Source: Candidatus Palauibacter sp. (GTDB lineage Bacteria > Gemmatimonadota > Gemmatimonadetes > Palauibacterales > Palauibacteraceae). From it: DNA of 64,000 nucleotides. Positions 28,974 through 38,602 of this stretch are shown piece after piece. The notes beneath the pieces were generated by a model that made no database searches, was not told the origin of the DNA, and was given only the letters and a program-made list of their open reading frames with translations. Each line of letters starts with the position of its first letter. Position 1 is the stretch's first letter. The DNA lies in the NCBI RefSeq assembly GCF_965216145.1, contig NZ_OZ244149.1:1100797-1164796 (forward strand). Reading direction: 5' to 3'. The position numbers and the translations under genes are program-made.

Positions 28974-31043
28974 CTAGGAACCGGCGTCGTCCGAGACGGC
29001 CCTGGCGTCGCCGTCGTCGTGGGTGCCGAACTTCTCGAACCAGCTGCGCAGGAAGAGTTGCGTGCGCAGGAAGTTCGAGGGCGTGCTGCTCGTCCCGTGC
29101 CACTCGTTGCGGAAGCGGATCATGGCCGTCGGCACGCGCTCCATCTTCAGCGCCTGGTAATACTCCTCGGTCTGCGGCATCGGCGTCCGCAGGTCCATCT
29201 CTCCCGTCATCAGCATGGTGGGCGTCGTCACGTTGCCCACGTACATGAGCGGAGAGCGGCGCAGGTGTTCCGAGGGGTCATCCCACGGGAAGTTCTCGAA
29301 GTTGCGGTACCAGCCGGGGCCGTCCGTCGTCCCCACGAACGAGAGCCAGTTCGTGACCGGGCAGTTCGCCGAGGCGGCGCGGAAGCGGTCCGTGTGCCCG
29401 ACCACCCATGAGGTGAGCACGCCGCCGCCGGAGCAGCCGTACACGAACATGTTGTCTTCGTCGACGTAGCCGCGCGCCACGACCTCATCGACGCCCGCCA
29501 TCAGGTCGTCGAAGTCCTTCGAGGGATACGCGTTCTTGATCGCGTTCCCGAAGTCGGTCCCGTACCCGGAGCTGCCGCGCGGGTTGGTGTAGAGGACGAC
29601 GTACCCGTTCGCGGCGTGTTCCTGCCAGCCGAAGTTGAAGCCGGTGTTGTACATGCCGTGTGGCCCGCCGTGGATCGACAGGATCAGCGGATACTGCTTC
29701 GACGGGTCGAAGTCGGGCGGCTTTACGATCCAGCCCTGGATGTCCCAGTCGTCCACCGACTTGTACCAGACCTCCTCGACCTCGCCCAGCGTGACCCCGG
29801 CCAGGACATCGTCGTTCACGTGCGTGAGCTGCATGACGTTGGCGCCGTCGTCGAGATCGAACGACACGACATCGCCCGGACCGTGCGCGTCGCTGAGCGT
29901 GCCGAGCGCCATCCCGTCCTCGGTGAACGAACTCAGGCTGAGGAGATGGTTGCCGCTCGTGACCTCGCTTACGCCCCCATCGGCCGACGCGAAGTGCAGG
30001 TTGCGCGTGCCCTCGCGGCTCACGTTGAAGTAGACGCCGCTCCCGTCGGGCGCCCACATGAGCTGCGGGCTCCCCCGCAGGCCGCGGTCGAAGTCGCCGG
30101 AGATCTGCCGCACGCCCGAGCCGTCGGGGTTCATCACGTAGATATGCGAGTTCCGGTACGTGTCGTCGTTCCAGTCCTGCCCCGCGTAGGCGACGAGGCT
30201 GCCGTCGGGCGAGGGATAGGCGCCCCCGTCCGGTCCGCGCCGCGTGGTGAGCTGCCGGATCGAACCCGAGGCGACGCTCACGGCGTAGATCTCGGACTCC
30301 CGCCAGTTATACTCGGAGTCCTCCTCGCGCAGCGACGAGAAGTAGATCTCGCTCCCGTCCGCGCTCCACTGGGGGTTGCTGTGGTTCCAGGTGCCGTCGC
30401 TGAGCTGACGCGGCGTCCCGCCGTCGGCCGGGACGACGAAGATGTGGGAATGGCCCTGGTCCACGTACCCGCGCCGGTCCTGACGGTAGTCCATGCGGGT
30501 GACGATCTTCGGGCCCTCGGTCCAGGTGGCGCCGTCCGGCCGGCTCGGCATGTCGATCGGCCATCTCTCCTCGTCCTCGACCAGCATCGTGAACGCGATC
30601 TGCGTCCCGTCCGGCGACCAGCGGAGGCTGCCGGGGGAATGTTCCAGCCGCGTGATCTGGGTCGTCGCGCCCTCCGCGTCCATCCAGCGCACGAAGATCT
30701 GCGAGCCCTCCGGCTCGCCCGCCGCCGTGAAGGCGATGCGCGTCCCGTCCGGGGACCAGATGGCGCCGGACCCGTCGATCAACTCCCGCTTGCGGGTGCC
30801 GTCGGCGTTCATGATGTAGAGCGTGGATTCCCAGCGGTCGTTGATCTGGTCGATCCAGCCGCGCGTGTAGACAACGTGCTGGCCGTCGGGGGAGATCTGG
30901 GGATTCGAGACCCGTTCCCAGTCCATGTACATGTCGAGGGAGAGCGTCTTCGCCCCGTCCCCGTTTTGGGCCGAGACGGGCGCGACCCCGATGAAGAGGA
31001 CCAGAAGCAGGCTCGCGGAAGCGAAGCGGGCGGCGCGATACAT
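28974..31043 (-). CDS. secreted S9 family peptidase (beta-propeller plus prolyl-oligopeptidase catalytic domain)
   Basis: Signal MYRAARFASASLLLVLFIGVAPVSAQ. TolB-like repeats (SPDGxxIAF). Catalytic VYGCSGGGVLTSWVVGH (GxSxGG) and the Asp/His region near the C-terminus. Confidence 0.8.
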   Translation of the reverse strand: MYRAARFASASLLLVLFIGVAPVSAQNGDGAKTLSLDMYMDWERVSNPQISPDGQHVVYTRGWIDQINDRWESTLYIMNADGTRKRELIDGSGAIWSPDGTRIAFTAAGEPEGSQIFVRWMDAEGATTQITRLEHSPGSLRWSPDGTQIAFTMLVEDEERWPIDMPSRPDGATWTEGPKIVTRMDYRQDRRGYVDQGHSHIFVVPADGGTPRQLSDGTWNHSNPQWSADGSEIYFSSLREEDSEYNWRESEIYAVSVASGSIRQLTTRRGPDGGAYPSPDGSLVAYAGQDWNDDTYRNSHIYVMNPDGSGVRQISGDFDRGLRGSPQLMWAPDGSGVYFNVSREGTRNLHFASADGGVSEVTSGNHLLSLSSFTEDGMALGTLSDAHGPGDVVSFDLDDGANVMQLTHVNDDVLAGVTLGEVEEVWYKSVDDWDIQGWIVKPPDFDPSKQYPLILSIHGGPHGMYNTGFNFGWQEHAANGYVVLYTNPRGSSGYGTDFGNAIKNAYPSKDFDDLMAGVDEVVARGYVDEDNMFVYGCSGGGVLTSWVVGHTDRFRAASANCPVTNWLSFVGTTDGPGWYRNFENFPWDDPSEHLRRSPLMYVGNVTTPTMLMTGEMDLRTPMPQTEEYYQALKMERVPTAMIRFRNEWHGTSSTPSNFLRTQLFLRSWFEKFGTHDDGDARAVSDDAGS

Positions 31044-31236
31044 GACTACCTCCTGCTGATAGCGGGATTCCGTGCAGATTCTGAACGTACGCCCGAAAAC
31101 GCACCCGGCGAAACCGTAGCCCGCGCGGCGGCGTGCGGCGCGGCGCATGGGGAAGCGGCGGACGCTGGCGTGTCGGTCGGGTGACGGCGCAGCTTGCATC
31201 GAGCTTGAGCGAACGGAATTCCGGGAGAGGTGCCTC

Positions 31237-33588
31237 ATGGATCGACGAGTGCTCTCAGTGGCGGCGGCGCTGGTCTTCGCGTTGCCGGCGGGCGTCGCCG
31301 CGCAGCAGTTCGGCGGTGCGCTGGCGGTGAGCGGCGATCAGGTGCTGGTCGGCGAGGCCGGCAACGGGACGATGTCGGGGATCGTGTGGGTCTTCGGCCG
31401 AACCGCCGCGGGCTGGACCGAGACGGGCCAGGTCACGGTGTCCGACGAGATACGGGTGCCGGACGGCTTCGGGCGCGCGATCGCCGCACGCGGGGAGTGG
31501 TTGTGGGCGGGCGCGCCGCTCGAAGGGGACGGCGCCGGCGCGGTCTACGTGTTCCGGGCGGACGGATCGGGCGGATGGGAGCAGGCCGCCCGGCTCGAAG
31601 CGCCCGAGGGCGGGGGCGGGGCGTTCGGCAGCGCGATTGCCGTGTCGGAAGATATCGTGATCGTGTCTGCTCCCGGGGCGGACGATGGACGGGGCGCCGT
31701 GTTCTGGTACGGCCGCGGGCCGGACGGTGCGTTTTCCCCCGGCGGGCCGGTGCAGCCGCCGACCGGCGTGGCCGCCTCCGGCTTCGGCGCGGCGCTGGCG
31801 TTGGACGGTGACGCGCTGCTCGTGAGCACGCGCGAGGACGATGTCGGACGGCCCGCCGTATTCGCGTTCGACCGCGACGCCTCGGGCCTGTGGACGTTCG
31901 GCGGCAACCTCGAAGCACCTTCGCTCGCGGAGCGCAGCGGCTATGGCACCTCGCTCGCGGTGCGGGACGGCTTCGCGCTCGTGGGTGCTCCGGCGCTCCG
32001 GGAGAGCGGTGGGGCGGTGTTCGCGTTCGCGCGGGGGCCGGAGGGCTGGGGCCTGGAAGCCCGGCTCGGCCCGCTGCTGCCCGAACCCAACGCGCAGTTC
32101 GGATCTTCGATCGGCTTCGATGGCGACGAGATCCTCATCGGGGCGCCGGGCAGCATGATCGGCGCCGGCACCCTGTATGCCTACCGGCGCGATACCAACG
32201 GCCGCTGGAGCGAGGCCTCCGTCCTGATGCGCTCGCCGCTGGGGGAGCGCTCGAGCTTCGCCGGCACCGCCGTCCTTTCCGGCGACCACCTCGTCGTGGG
32301 CGCGACGGGCGTGGATTCCCGGGCCGGTGCCGCCGTCGTCTACGAGCGATCCGGAGCGGGCACCTGGGAAGAGCACGGCACCCTGGTCAACGACTATCGC
32401 GGCTTCCCCGCCATCGCGGGCGAGGAGATCGAATGCCTCGAGGGCAACGCCACGATCTTCGAGTGCCGGGACGTGAACATCACGGCGTTCCTGCCGATCA
32501 AGGATCTCGGCGGAACCCGGGCCACCCGCGTCAACGACATCTGGGGCTGGACCGACCCGGACACGGGCCGCGAGATCGCGCTCGTCGGACGGACGGACGG
32601 CACCTCGTTCGTCGACGTCAGCGACCCCTACCACCCCCGCTTTCTCGGCGACCTTCCGGCCACCGAGGGCTCGCGGCACATGATCTGGCGCGACATCAAG
32701 GTGTATCGCGATCACGCCTACATCGTCGCCGACGCCGCCCTCGAGCACGGGGTGCAGGTCTTCGATCTCCGGCAACTGCGAGACGTTGGGGACGAACCCG
32801 TGACGTTCGAGGAGACCTACCTCTACGACGGGATCCATTCGGCCCACAACATCGTCATCAACGAAGAGACCGGCTTCGCCTATGCGGTCGGGAACAGCGG
32901 CGGCGGCGAGACCTGCGGCGGCGGCCTCCACATGATCGACCTGGAAGACCCGGCCCGGCCCGTCTTCGCCGGCTGCTTCGCGCAGGAAGGGACGGGGCGC
33001 CGCGGCACCGGATACGTACACGACGCCCAGTGCGTCATCTATCAAGGGCCCGACACGGAGCACGCCGGCAAGGAGATCTGCCTCGGCTCCAACGAGACCG
33101 CGTTCAACATCGCCGACGTCAGCGACAAGGACGCCCCGATCGGCCTCGCCACGATCCGCTATCCGAACGTGGCCTATGCGCACCAGGGCTGGCTGACGGA
33201 CGACCACCGCTACTTCTACATGAACGACGAGGGGGACGAGCCCCAGGGCCTCGTGGCCGGGACGCGCACGCTGGTGTGGGACGTGACGGACCTCGACGAC
33301 CCTGTCCTCGCCAAGGAGTACATCGCCGAGACGACGGCCACCGACCACAACCTCTACATCGTCGGCGACCTCATGTACCAGTCGAACTACTCGGCCGGTT
33401 TCCGGGTCCTCGACATCTCGGATCCGGAAAACCCGGTCGAGATCGGCTTCTTCGACACATCCCCGTACGAGGGCGGCGCGTCGTGGAGCAACTACCCGTT
33501 CTTCGAGAGCGGGACGATCGCCGTGACGGGAACGGGCGACGGGCTGTTCCTCCTCAAGAACATGGCGAGACCTCGCCTCGTGCCGTGA
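31237..33588 (+). CDS. fusion protein: FG-GAP-like repeat propeller (about 7 repeats) plus C-terminal choice-of-anchor B / LVIVD domain
   Basis: Signal MDRRVLSVAAALVFALPAGVAAQ. Repeats of type GAVYVFRADGSGGWEQAARLEAP. C-terminal half has NDIWGWTDPDTGREIALVG...VYRDHAYIVADA...YAVGNSGGGETCGGGLHMIDL...HQGW, homologous to the 3847-8219 paralogs. Confidence 0.75.
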   Translation: MDRRVLSVAAALVFALPAGVAAQQFGGALAVSGDQVLVGEAGNGTMSGIVWVFGRTAAGWTETGQVTVSDEIRVPDGFGRAIAARGEWLWAGAPLEGDGAGAVYVFRADGSGGWEQAARLEAPEGGGGAFGSAIAVSEDIVIVSAPGADDGRGAVFWYGRGPDGAFSPGGPVQPPTGVAASGFGAALALDGDALLVSTREDDVGRPAVFAFDRDASGLWTFGGNLEAPSLAERSGYGTSLAVRDGFALVGAPALRESGGAVFAFARGPEGWGLEARLGPLLPEPNAQFGSSIGFDGDEILIGAPGSMIGAGTLYAYRRDTNGRWSEASVLMRSPLGERSSFAGTAVLSGDHLVVGATGVDSRAGAAVVYERSGAGTWEEHGTLVNDYRGFPAIAGEEIECLEGNATIFECRDVNITAFLPIKDLGGTRATRVNDIWGWTDPDTGREIALVGRTDGTSFVDVSDPYHPRFLGDLPATEGSRHMIWRDIKVYRDHAYIVADAALEHGVQVFDLRQLRDVGDEPVTFEETYLYDGIHSAHNIVINEETGFAYAVGNSGGGETCGGGLHMIDLEDPARPVFAGCFAQEGTGRRGTGYVHDAQCVIYQGPDTEHAGKEICLGSNETAFNIADVSDKDAPIGLATIRYPNVAYAHQGWLTDDHRYFYMNDEGDEPQGLVAGTRTLVWDVTDLDDPVLAKEYIAETTATDHNLYIVGDLMYQSNYSAGFRVLDISDPENPVEIGFFDTSPYEGGASWSNYPFFESGTIAVTGTGDGLFLLKNMARPRLVP

Positions 33589-34031
33589 CCGAAGCGGCCC
33601 GGCCCGCCGACCTGAGCCTCGAGGGCCCGATCGTCCTCTTCGACGGCGTCTGCAACCTGTGTGCGGGCGCCGTCCGCTTCATCATCCCGCGGGACCGGCG
33701 CGGCCGTTTCCGCTTCGCTTCCCTGCAGTCGGAGGCGGGTCGCCGGATCCTCGCTCACGTCGGCCTTGCCCTGGACGCTGAGGATCCTGCCGAGTGGTCG
33801 CTGGTCCTCGTTGCGAACGGCCGGGGCTACCTGCGGAGCGCAGCCGCCCTCCGTATCGCTGCCGGTCTCGGTCGCGGGTGGCCGCTAGTCGCGGTTTTCC
33901 TCGTCGTCCCCGCCCCGCTGCGCGATCTCGCCTACCGCTTCGTGGCCCGGAACCGATACCGATGGTTCGGCCGGAAGACGGCCTGCGAACTTCCACGGAC
34001 CGAGGAAAGCTCGCGGTTCCTCGACACCTAG
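33585..34031 (+). CDS. DCC1-like thiol-disulfide oxidoreductase (DUF393)
   Basis: PIVLFDGVCNLCAGAVRFI is the DUF393 CxxC signature. GTG start overlaps the upstream TGA (GTGA). Confidence 0.65.
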   Translation: MTEAARPADLSLEGPIVLFDGVCNLCAGAVRFIIPRDRRGRFRFASLQSEAGRRILAHVGLALDAEDPAEWSLVLVANGRGYLRSAAALRIAAGLGRGWPLVAVFLVVPAPLRDLAYRFVARNRYRWFGRKTACELPRTEESSRFLDT

Positions 34032-34185
34032 GCGCTTCACCGAAGCTCCTCCCCGTCTTCGCACATCCGGCTCACTGCCGATCGTTCGCCCCACTCCTCC
34101 GTCTTGATAGCGGGATGCTTCCGGACCGGACCCTGCGCTGGACCCTTTTGCGCTCTCTGGAAGAATCGCGGAGAGAGGGGCCGGC

Positions 34186-34257
34186 GGGGGCGGTACTGGT
34201 GTACCCGGTGCGGGCTTGACACTCAACCGGCGGGGTTCGATTCCCCGCGCCTCCACC
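34186..34257 (+). other. tRNA-like element 1 (canonical T-arm and 7-bp acceptor with G3:U70 and discriminator A, ends CC; non-canonical anticodon region)
   Basis: CGGGG-TTCGATT-CCCCG T-arm. Acceptor GGGGGCG / CGCCTCC. D-like hairpin GTAC-TGGT-GTAC. Middle hairpin CCGGT / ACCGG with a 16-nt loop instead of a 7-nt anticodon loop. Coordinates +/-2. Confidence 0.35.
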
Positions 34258-34280
34258 TTCCCCTCGAACGGAGGGTCGGC

Positions 34281-34353
34281 GGGGACGGTACTGGTGTACC
34301 CGGTTCCGGACTTGACACCCAACCGGCGGGGTTTGATTCCCCGCGCCTCCACC
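34281..34353 (+). other. tRNA-like element 2 (diverged tandem copy of element 1; T-loop TTTGATT; one acceptor mismatch)
   Basis: Same architecture 24 nt downstream of element 1. The 13-nt leaders preceding the two elements are also similar. Confidence 0.3.
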
Positions 34354-34402
34354 TATCCCTCTACGTTTCAACCTATTGCGGGCTCGCGGATCCGTAAAGC
34401 AG

Positions 34403-36229
34403 CTACGGGGCGCCACGCTCGTGGACGACGCGCCCGCCGACGATCGTGTACAGCGCCTCGGCATCGAGCAGCCGCGCGGGGGCGTCCCGTCCGGCTTCGA
34501 TCAGATCCACGTCGAACACCGCGATGTCCGCCAGCTTGCCGGGCGTCAGCGTGCCCTTGATCTCTTCCTCGAACGAGGCCCAGGCGGGGTTCCGCGTGTA
34601 GGCTTCGATCGCCTCCTCGATCGTCAGCCGCTGCTCCGGGAACCAGCCCTCGGCCGGCTCGCCGGCGAGCGTCTGTCGGCTCACCGCCGCGTACAGGCCG
34701 TACCTCGGATGCAGGAAGTAGCGGGCCGCGTTCGTCCCGGGGCTGTCGCTCCCGAACACGAGCACCGCCCCCGCGTCCTTCAGCGCCCGGAACGCGTATG
34801 CGCCGCGCGACCGCTCGGAGCCGATCCTCTCCTCCATCCAGCGCATGTCGTCCGATATGTGGTACGGGTTCACCTCCGCCACGAGGTTGAGTTCGCCGAA
34901 GCGGTGGAAGTCCGCCTCCTCCACGACCTGCGCGTGGATCATCCGCCAGCGGTGGTCCGCCTCGATCATGTCGTTGTCGCTCAACACAGCCTCAAACAGG
35001 TCGAGCAGGACCTTCACCGCCTTGTCGCCGATGGCGTGGATGTGAGGCGGGAGGCCGGTCGGCACGGCCTCCTCCATGAGGCGTTGGAGGTTCCCCTTCG
35101 GGAACTCGGTGTAGTTCTGGTCCCGGGCCAGCGACAGCGCGAGACCGTCGATGCCCTCGGGAAGCATGATCTGACGCACGATCCCGAAGTTGCCGGGCGC
35201 GTGGTCGTATTCCTCGTAGAACATGGCGCTCGAGCCGCCCATGATGCCGTCGACCCACGCCTTGTAGCCGATGAAGCGGAGCCAGTCGTCGCCGAAGCCG
35301 CGCGTGATGCCGAGCCCGCCGGTGTGGGTCACGTTGTCGAGCGAGGGACGGATGTTGATGCGGGCGGTCAGCTCGCCGCGCGCCCGCAGTTCCTGGTAGG
35401 CACGCAACTGCTCGGAGGAGGTGATGTCCTGGATCGTGGTCACGCCGCCCTCGCGCGCCTCCCGGAGCACGGCGCGAACCTCGGTGAGACGCTGCTCGAA
35501 CGACTTGGGCGTGATGGCGGCCTGGACGAGGTCGACGGCGGTGCCGGTGAGGATGCCCGTGACCCGGCCGTCCTCGGCCTTCGCGATCGTGCCGCCCTGA
35601 GGCGCGGGTGTGGCGTCCGTGATGCCGGCCAGCTCCAGCGCGAGGCTGTTCGCGAGGTACATCGAGCGGTCGAAGCGGTTCACCAGGACCGGGTGATCCG
35701 GGGTCACGTCGTCGATGAGATCGCGGTGCGGCGTGAACGGCCCGTCAGCTCCGGCCTCGCCCGCCTCCGCACCGCCGCCATCACCCTCGCGGCCCGTCGA
35801 GCCGACCTCCCATTGCTCGTAAGCGCCCCAGTCGCCGCGCGTGATCCAGCTCCCGGGCGCGAGACGCTGCACCGCCTGCGCAATCTCCTCGCGGAAGCCC
35901 TCCGGCTCGTGCACCTCCAGCAGGTTGACGCCCACGATCAAAGCCCCCGTGCTCTCGACATGCACGTGGCCATCGTTGAAGCCCGGCGAGACGAAGGCGC
36001 CGTCCAGGTCGATGACGCGCGTGTCGCGCCCCACCAGCGCCTCGGCCTCCGCGTTCGAGCCTACAACCGCGATGCGCTCCCCGCGGATCGCGATCGCCTC
36101 GGCGGCGGGCCGCTCATCGTCGAGCGTGTACACGTCCCCGTTGATCAGCACGAGGTCGGCCGGGTCCTCCGGTCCCGCGGTCCCGCAGGCGGCCAGCAGG
36201 ACGAGCGCGGCGATGTTCCACTTCTTCAT
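34403..36229 (-). CDS. amidohydrolase 3 family protein (lipoprotein)
   Basis: MKKWNIAALVLLAACG lipobox. PGFNDGHVHV metal-binding motif. C-terminal VFGSDSPGT and LADIAVFDVD motifs of the Amidohydro_3 family. Confidence 0.8.
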   Translation of the reverse strand: MKKWNIAALVLLAACGTAGPEDPADLVLINGDVYTLDDERPAAEAIAIRGERIAVVGSNAEAEALVGRDTRVIDLDGAFVSPGFNDGHVHVESTGALIVGVNLLEVHEPEGFREEIAQAVQRLAPGSWITRGDWGAYEQWEVGSTGREGDGGGAEAGEAGADGPFTPHRDLIDDVTPDHPVLVNRFDRSMYLANSLALELAGITDATPAPQGGTIAKAEDGRVTGILTGTAVDLVQAAITPKSFEQRLTEVRAVLREAREGGVTTIQDITSSEQLRAYQELRARGELTARINIRPSLDNVTHTGGLGITRGFGDDWLRFIGYKAWVDGIMGGSSAMFYEEYDHAPGNFGIVRQIMLPEGIDGLALSLARDQNYTEFPKGNLQRLMEEAVPTGLPPHIHAIGDKAVKVLLDLFEAVLSDNDMIEADHRWRMIHAQVVEEADFHRFGELNLVAEVNPYHISDDMRWMEERIGSERSRGAYAFRALKDAGAVLVFGSDSPGTNAARYFLHPRYGLYAAVSRQTLAGEPAEGWFPEQRLTIEEAIEAYTRNPAWASFEEEIKGTLTPGKLADIAVFDVDLIEAGRDAPARLLDAEALYTIVGGRVVHERGAP

Positions 36230-36286
36230 GACGTGTCCTCGAAGTCTCTGTTGAGCGACGGTCGTTGCGGGCGAGCGCTCGGCGAT

Positions 36287-36811
36287 TCAGCGGCCGGAGA
36301 CGCGCTCCCAGACGAGCGTACCGATTGCGCCCCCGCCCCGCGCCGGGTCCGGCTCGGTGCTGAGAATCAGCCGGTCCGGTCCGTCAAAGGTGAACGACCT
36401 CGGCCGGTCCGAGCCGACCCAGCTCGGCAGCAGCGCTCCCTCCACATGGTGCGTGACGACCCCGGCATCCATGTCGACGCTGTAGTCCCCGTAGTAGGAG
36501 AAGAAACCACCCATGATCGCATCCCGCATCTCCTGCCCGGTGACTTCCGCCGCGGCCGGCAACTCCCGCCCGACCTGCATGAGCTGGGCCGACATGCGGC
36601 CGTCCGCCGTATACGTGATCTGGCCCGCCGGGCTCCCGTCGTAGGGGAGCGTCACCTCGCCGTCGGCCGACCGACTCTCCCACGAAGCGAGCGTCCACGC
36701 CCCGACGAAGGGGTTGTCCTCCTCCTCGGAGGGTGCGGGGCCGCAGCCCGCAGCCAGAACCAGTGTCAGAACGCAGCACACGCCGCGCAGCGGGGGAAGA
36801 CTTGCAGACAT
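36287..36811 (-). CDS. lipocalin-like domain lipoprotein
   Basis: Leader MSASLPPLRGVCCVLTLVLAAGCG. FVGAWTLASWE ... RLILS pattern of the lipocalin-like (PF13924-type) domain. Confidence 0.5.
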   Translation of the reverse strand: MSASLPPLRGVCCVLTLVLAAGCGPAPSEEEDNPFVGAWTLASWESRSADGEVTLPYDGSPAGQITYTADGRMSAQLMQVGRELPAAAEVTGQEMRDAIMGGFFSYYGDYSVDMDAGVVTHHVEGALLPSWVGSDRPRSFTFDGPDRLILSTEPDPARGGGAIGTLVWERVSGR

Positions 36812-36936
36812 CCGTACCTCCATTCGCTTGGGTGGTCTGTGGTTGCCGGGGTTCGGAACGATAGGTCCGTATCCGGCGCCTTTCCACCGCCGCGTTCCCG
36901 CGGGAACGTCCGGCGTGTCGCCCCGAGCCCGGATCG

Positions 36937-38532
36937 TTGACCCCTCGGCAGGGAGCGATGCCCTCCGTACCTTCCGTGTCCGGCCTGAAAGGCAGCGGCG
37001 TGAAGCTGTGGTCTCTGAACGGAGTTCCTGGCGTGTCCGATCGCGAATCCAAGGCCGTCGATGGACTGAATCGGGACGACTTCACTCTGCCTTCCATGCG
37101 TCCGCGCGATCTCCTCGCGCACTTCGGTCCCGGCATGATCCTCATGATGACGGGCATCGGGACCAGCCACCTCGTCACCGCACCCACCGCCGGGGGCCGC
37201 TTCGCCTACGCGCTGCTCTGGTGCCTGCCCGTCGCCTACGTGTTCAAGTACTACGGCTTCGAGATGGCCTTCCGGTTCACCAACGCCACCGGCAAGAGCC
37301 TGCTCGAGGCCTACGCCACGGCGCGGTGGAAGTGGCCGCTGTGGTACGTGATGATCACGACACTCATCCAGTGCGCCATCGGCCAGGCGGGGCGTCTGAT
37401 CGCGGCCGCCGCGGTGCTCTACTACCTGTTCAGCGAAACCCTGGGTCTCCCCGTTGCGATCGAGGTCTACGCGGCCCTGCTCGGCGTGCTCTCCGTGGCG
37501 ATCATCCTCCGGGGCAGCTACCGGGCGCTCGAGACCACGACGAAGGTCCTCGCGGGCGTACTCGTCATCTCATCGCTCGCCGTCTACTTCGTCCAGCCGG
37601 CCCCCCTGGCACAGATGGGATACTTCTTCCTGGTCGAGATCCCGGACGGCTCGTGGCTCGTCATCGCGGGCTTCCTCGGCCTCCTGCCTACGGGCATCGA
37701 CGTGTCGCTGCAGGCGTCCGAATGGGGGAAGGCGAAGCGGGCGGGAATGAGCAAGATCCGGCCCCGCCTCGAGGAGGCCGGCGTCGTGCCCCGGTTCGAT
37801 CCGTTCTCTTCACCGCGATCCGACCTTGCCGTCGACATCTCCAGGCTCTCGCCGGACGCTCGCGAATACTGCCGCCGCTGGTTCCGGATCGGGCTGTGGG
37901 ACTTCCGCACCGGCCACGTCGTCTCCTTCTTCCTCGCCGCGATCTTCGTCCTCCTCGCCGCGGTGTGGCTCTATCCGAGCCCGATCGCCGGACACGCTGT
38001 CATGGGGGAGATCGCCGGGATCTTCACGCTCAGCGTGGGACCGTGGATGATGATGGTCTTCATCCTCGGGGCGCTCGCCGCCACCTTTTCCACCGCCTTC
38101 AACTACTTCGACGGGTGGCCACGCATCGTCGGCGCCTGCTGCCGGAACCTCTTCCGAGCCACGGCCCGCCTGCACGGGATCTCGCCCGAGGAACGGGCCG
38201 ATCCGGAGCGGCGGAGGGCGTGGAACTCCGAGTACAACATCTATCGGATGACGATGTTCTATTCGCTCATCGCCTCCGTCCTCTACATCGCGTTCGACCC
38301 GCGCCCCGTGTATCTCGTGCTCGTCGCCTCGGCGCTCGCCTTCTTCGTGGCGCCCGTGATCTACTTCTTCAACCTCTACTACTGTCTGAAGGTGATCCCG
38401 AAGGAGGACGAGGTCTTCTACCCGTCCTCGTTCGCACGCTGGTTCGGGGGACTGAGCCTGCTGATCTTCTCGGGTCTGAGCGTGATCCTGATCTTCGCGC
38501 GCGTGTTCGAGATCCCCCTCTTCGGTGCCTGA
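36937..38532 (+). CDS. NRAMP-related divalent-metal transporter family membrane protein
   Basis: AHFGPGMILMMTGIGTSHLVTAPTAGGRFAY matches the NRAMP N-terminal core. 11-12 TM helices. Start may be the internal ATG near 37096. Confidence 0.6.
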   Translation: MTPRQGAMPSVPSVSGLKGSGVKLWSLNGVPGVSDRESKAVDGLNRDDFTLPSMRPRDLLAHFGPGMILMMTGIGTSHLVTAPTAGGRFAYALLWCLPVAYVFKYYGFEMAFRFTNATGKSLLEAYATARWKWPLWYVMITTLIQCAIGQAGRLIAAAAVLYYLFSETLGLPVAIEVYAALLGVLSVAIILRGSYRALETTTKVLAGVLVISSLAVYFVQPAPLAQMGYFFLVEIPDGSWLVIAGFLGLLPTGIDVSLQASEWGKAKRAGMSKIRPRLEEAGVVPRFDPFSSPRSDLAVDISRLSPDAREYCRRWFRIGLWDFRTGHVVSFFLAAIFVLLAAVWLYPSPIAGHAVMGEIAGIFTLSVGPWMMMVFILGALAATFSTAFNYFDGWPRIVGACCRNLFRATARLHGISPEERADPERRRAWNSEYNIYRMTMFYSLIASVLYIAFDPRPVYLVLVASALAFFVAPVIYFFNLYYCLKVIPKEDEVFYPSSFARWFGGLSLLIFSGLSVILIFARVFEIPLFGA

Positions 38533-38602
38533 TCCGGGTGCGGGGGAAGTGCCGGGTCCAGGCGACCGGCCGAGGAGCTACTCTGGGAGGCAGCCGACAC
38601 CG

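Noticed and set aside
34186-34353. Interpretation of the tRNA-like elements as tmRNA, tRNA-Sec or two-piece tmRNA
   Set aside because: They are far too short for tmRNA (no pseudoknots or tag ORF), lack the 8/5 acceptor/T and long variable arm of tRNA-Sec, and each unit contains both acceptor strands. Left as tRNA-like elements of uncertain nature.
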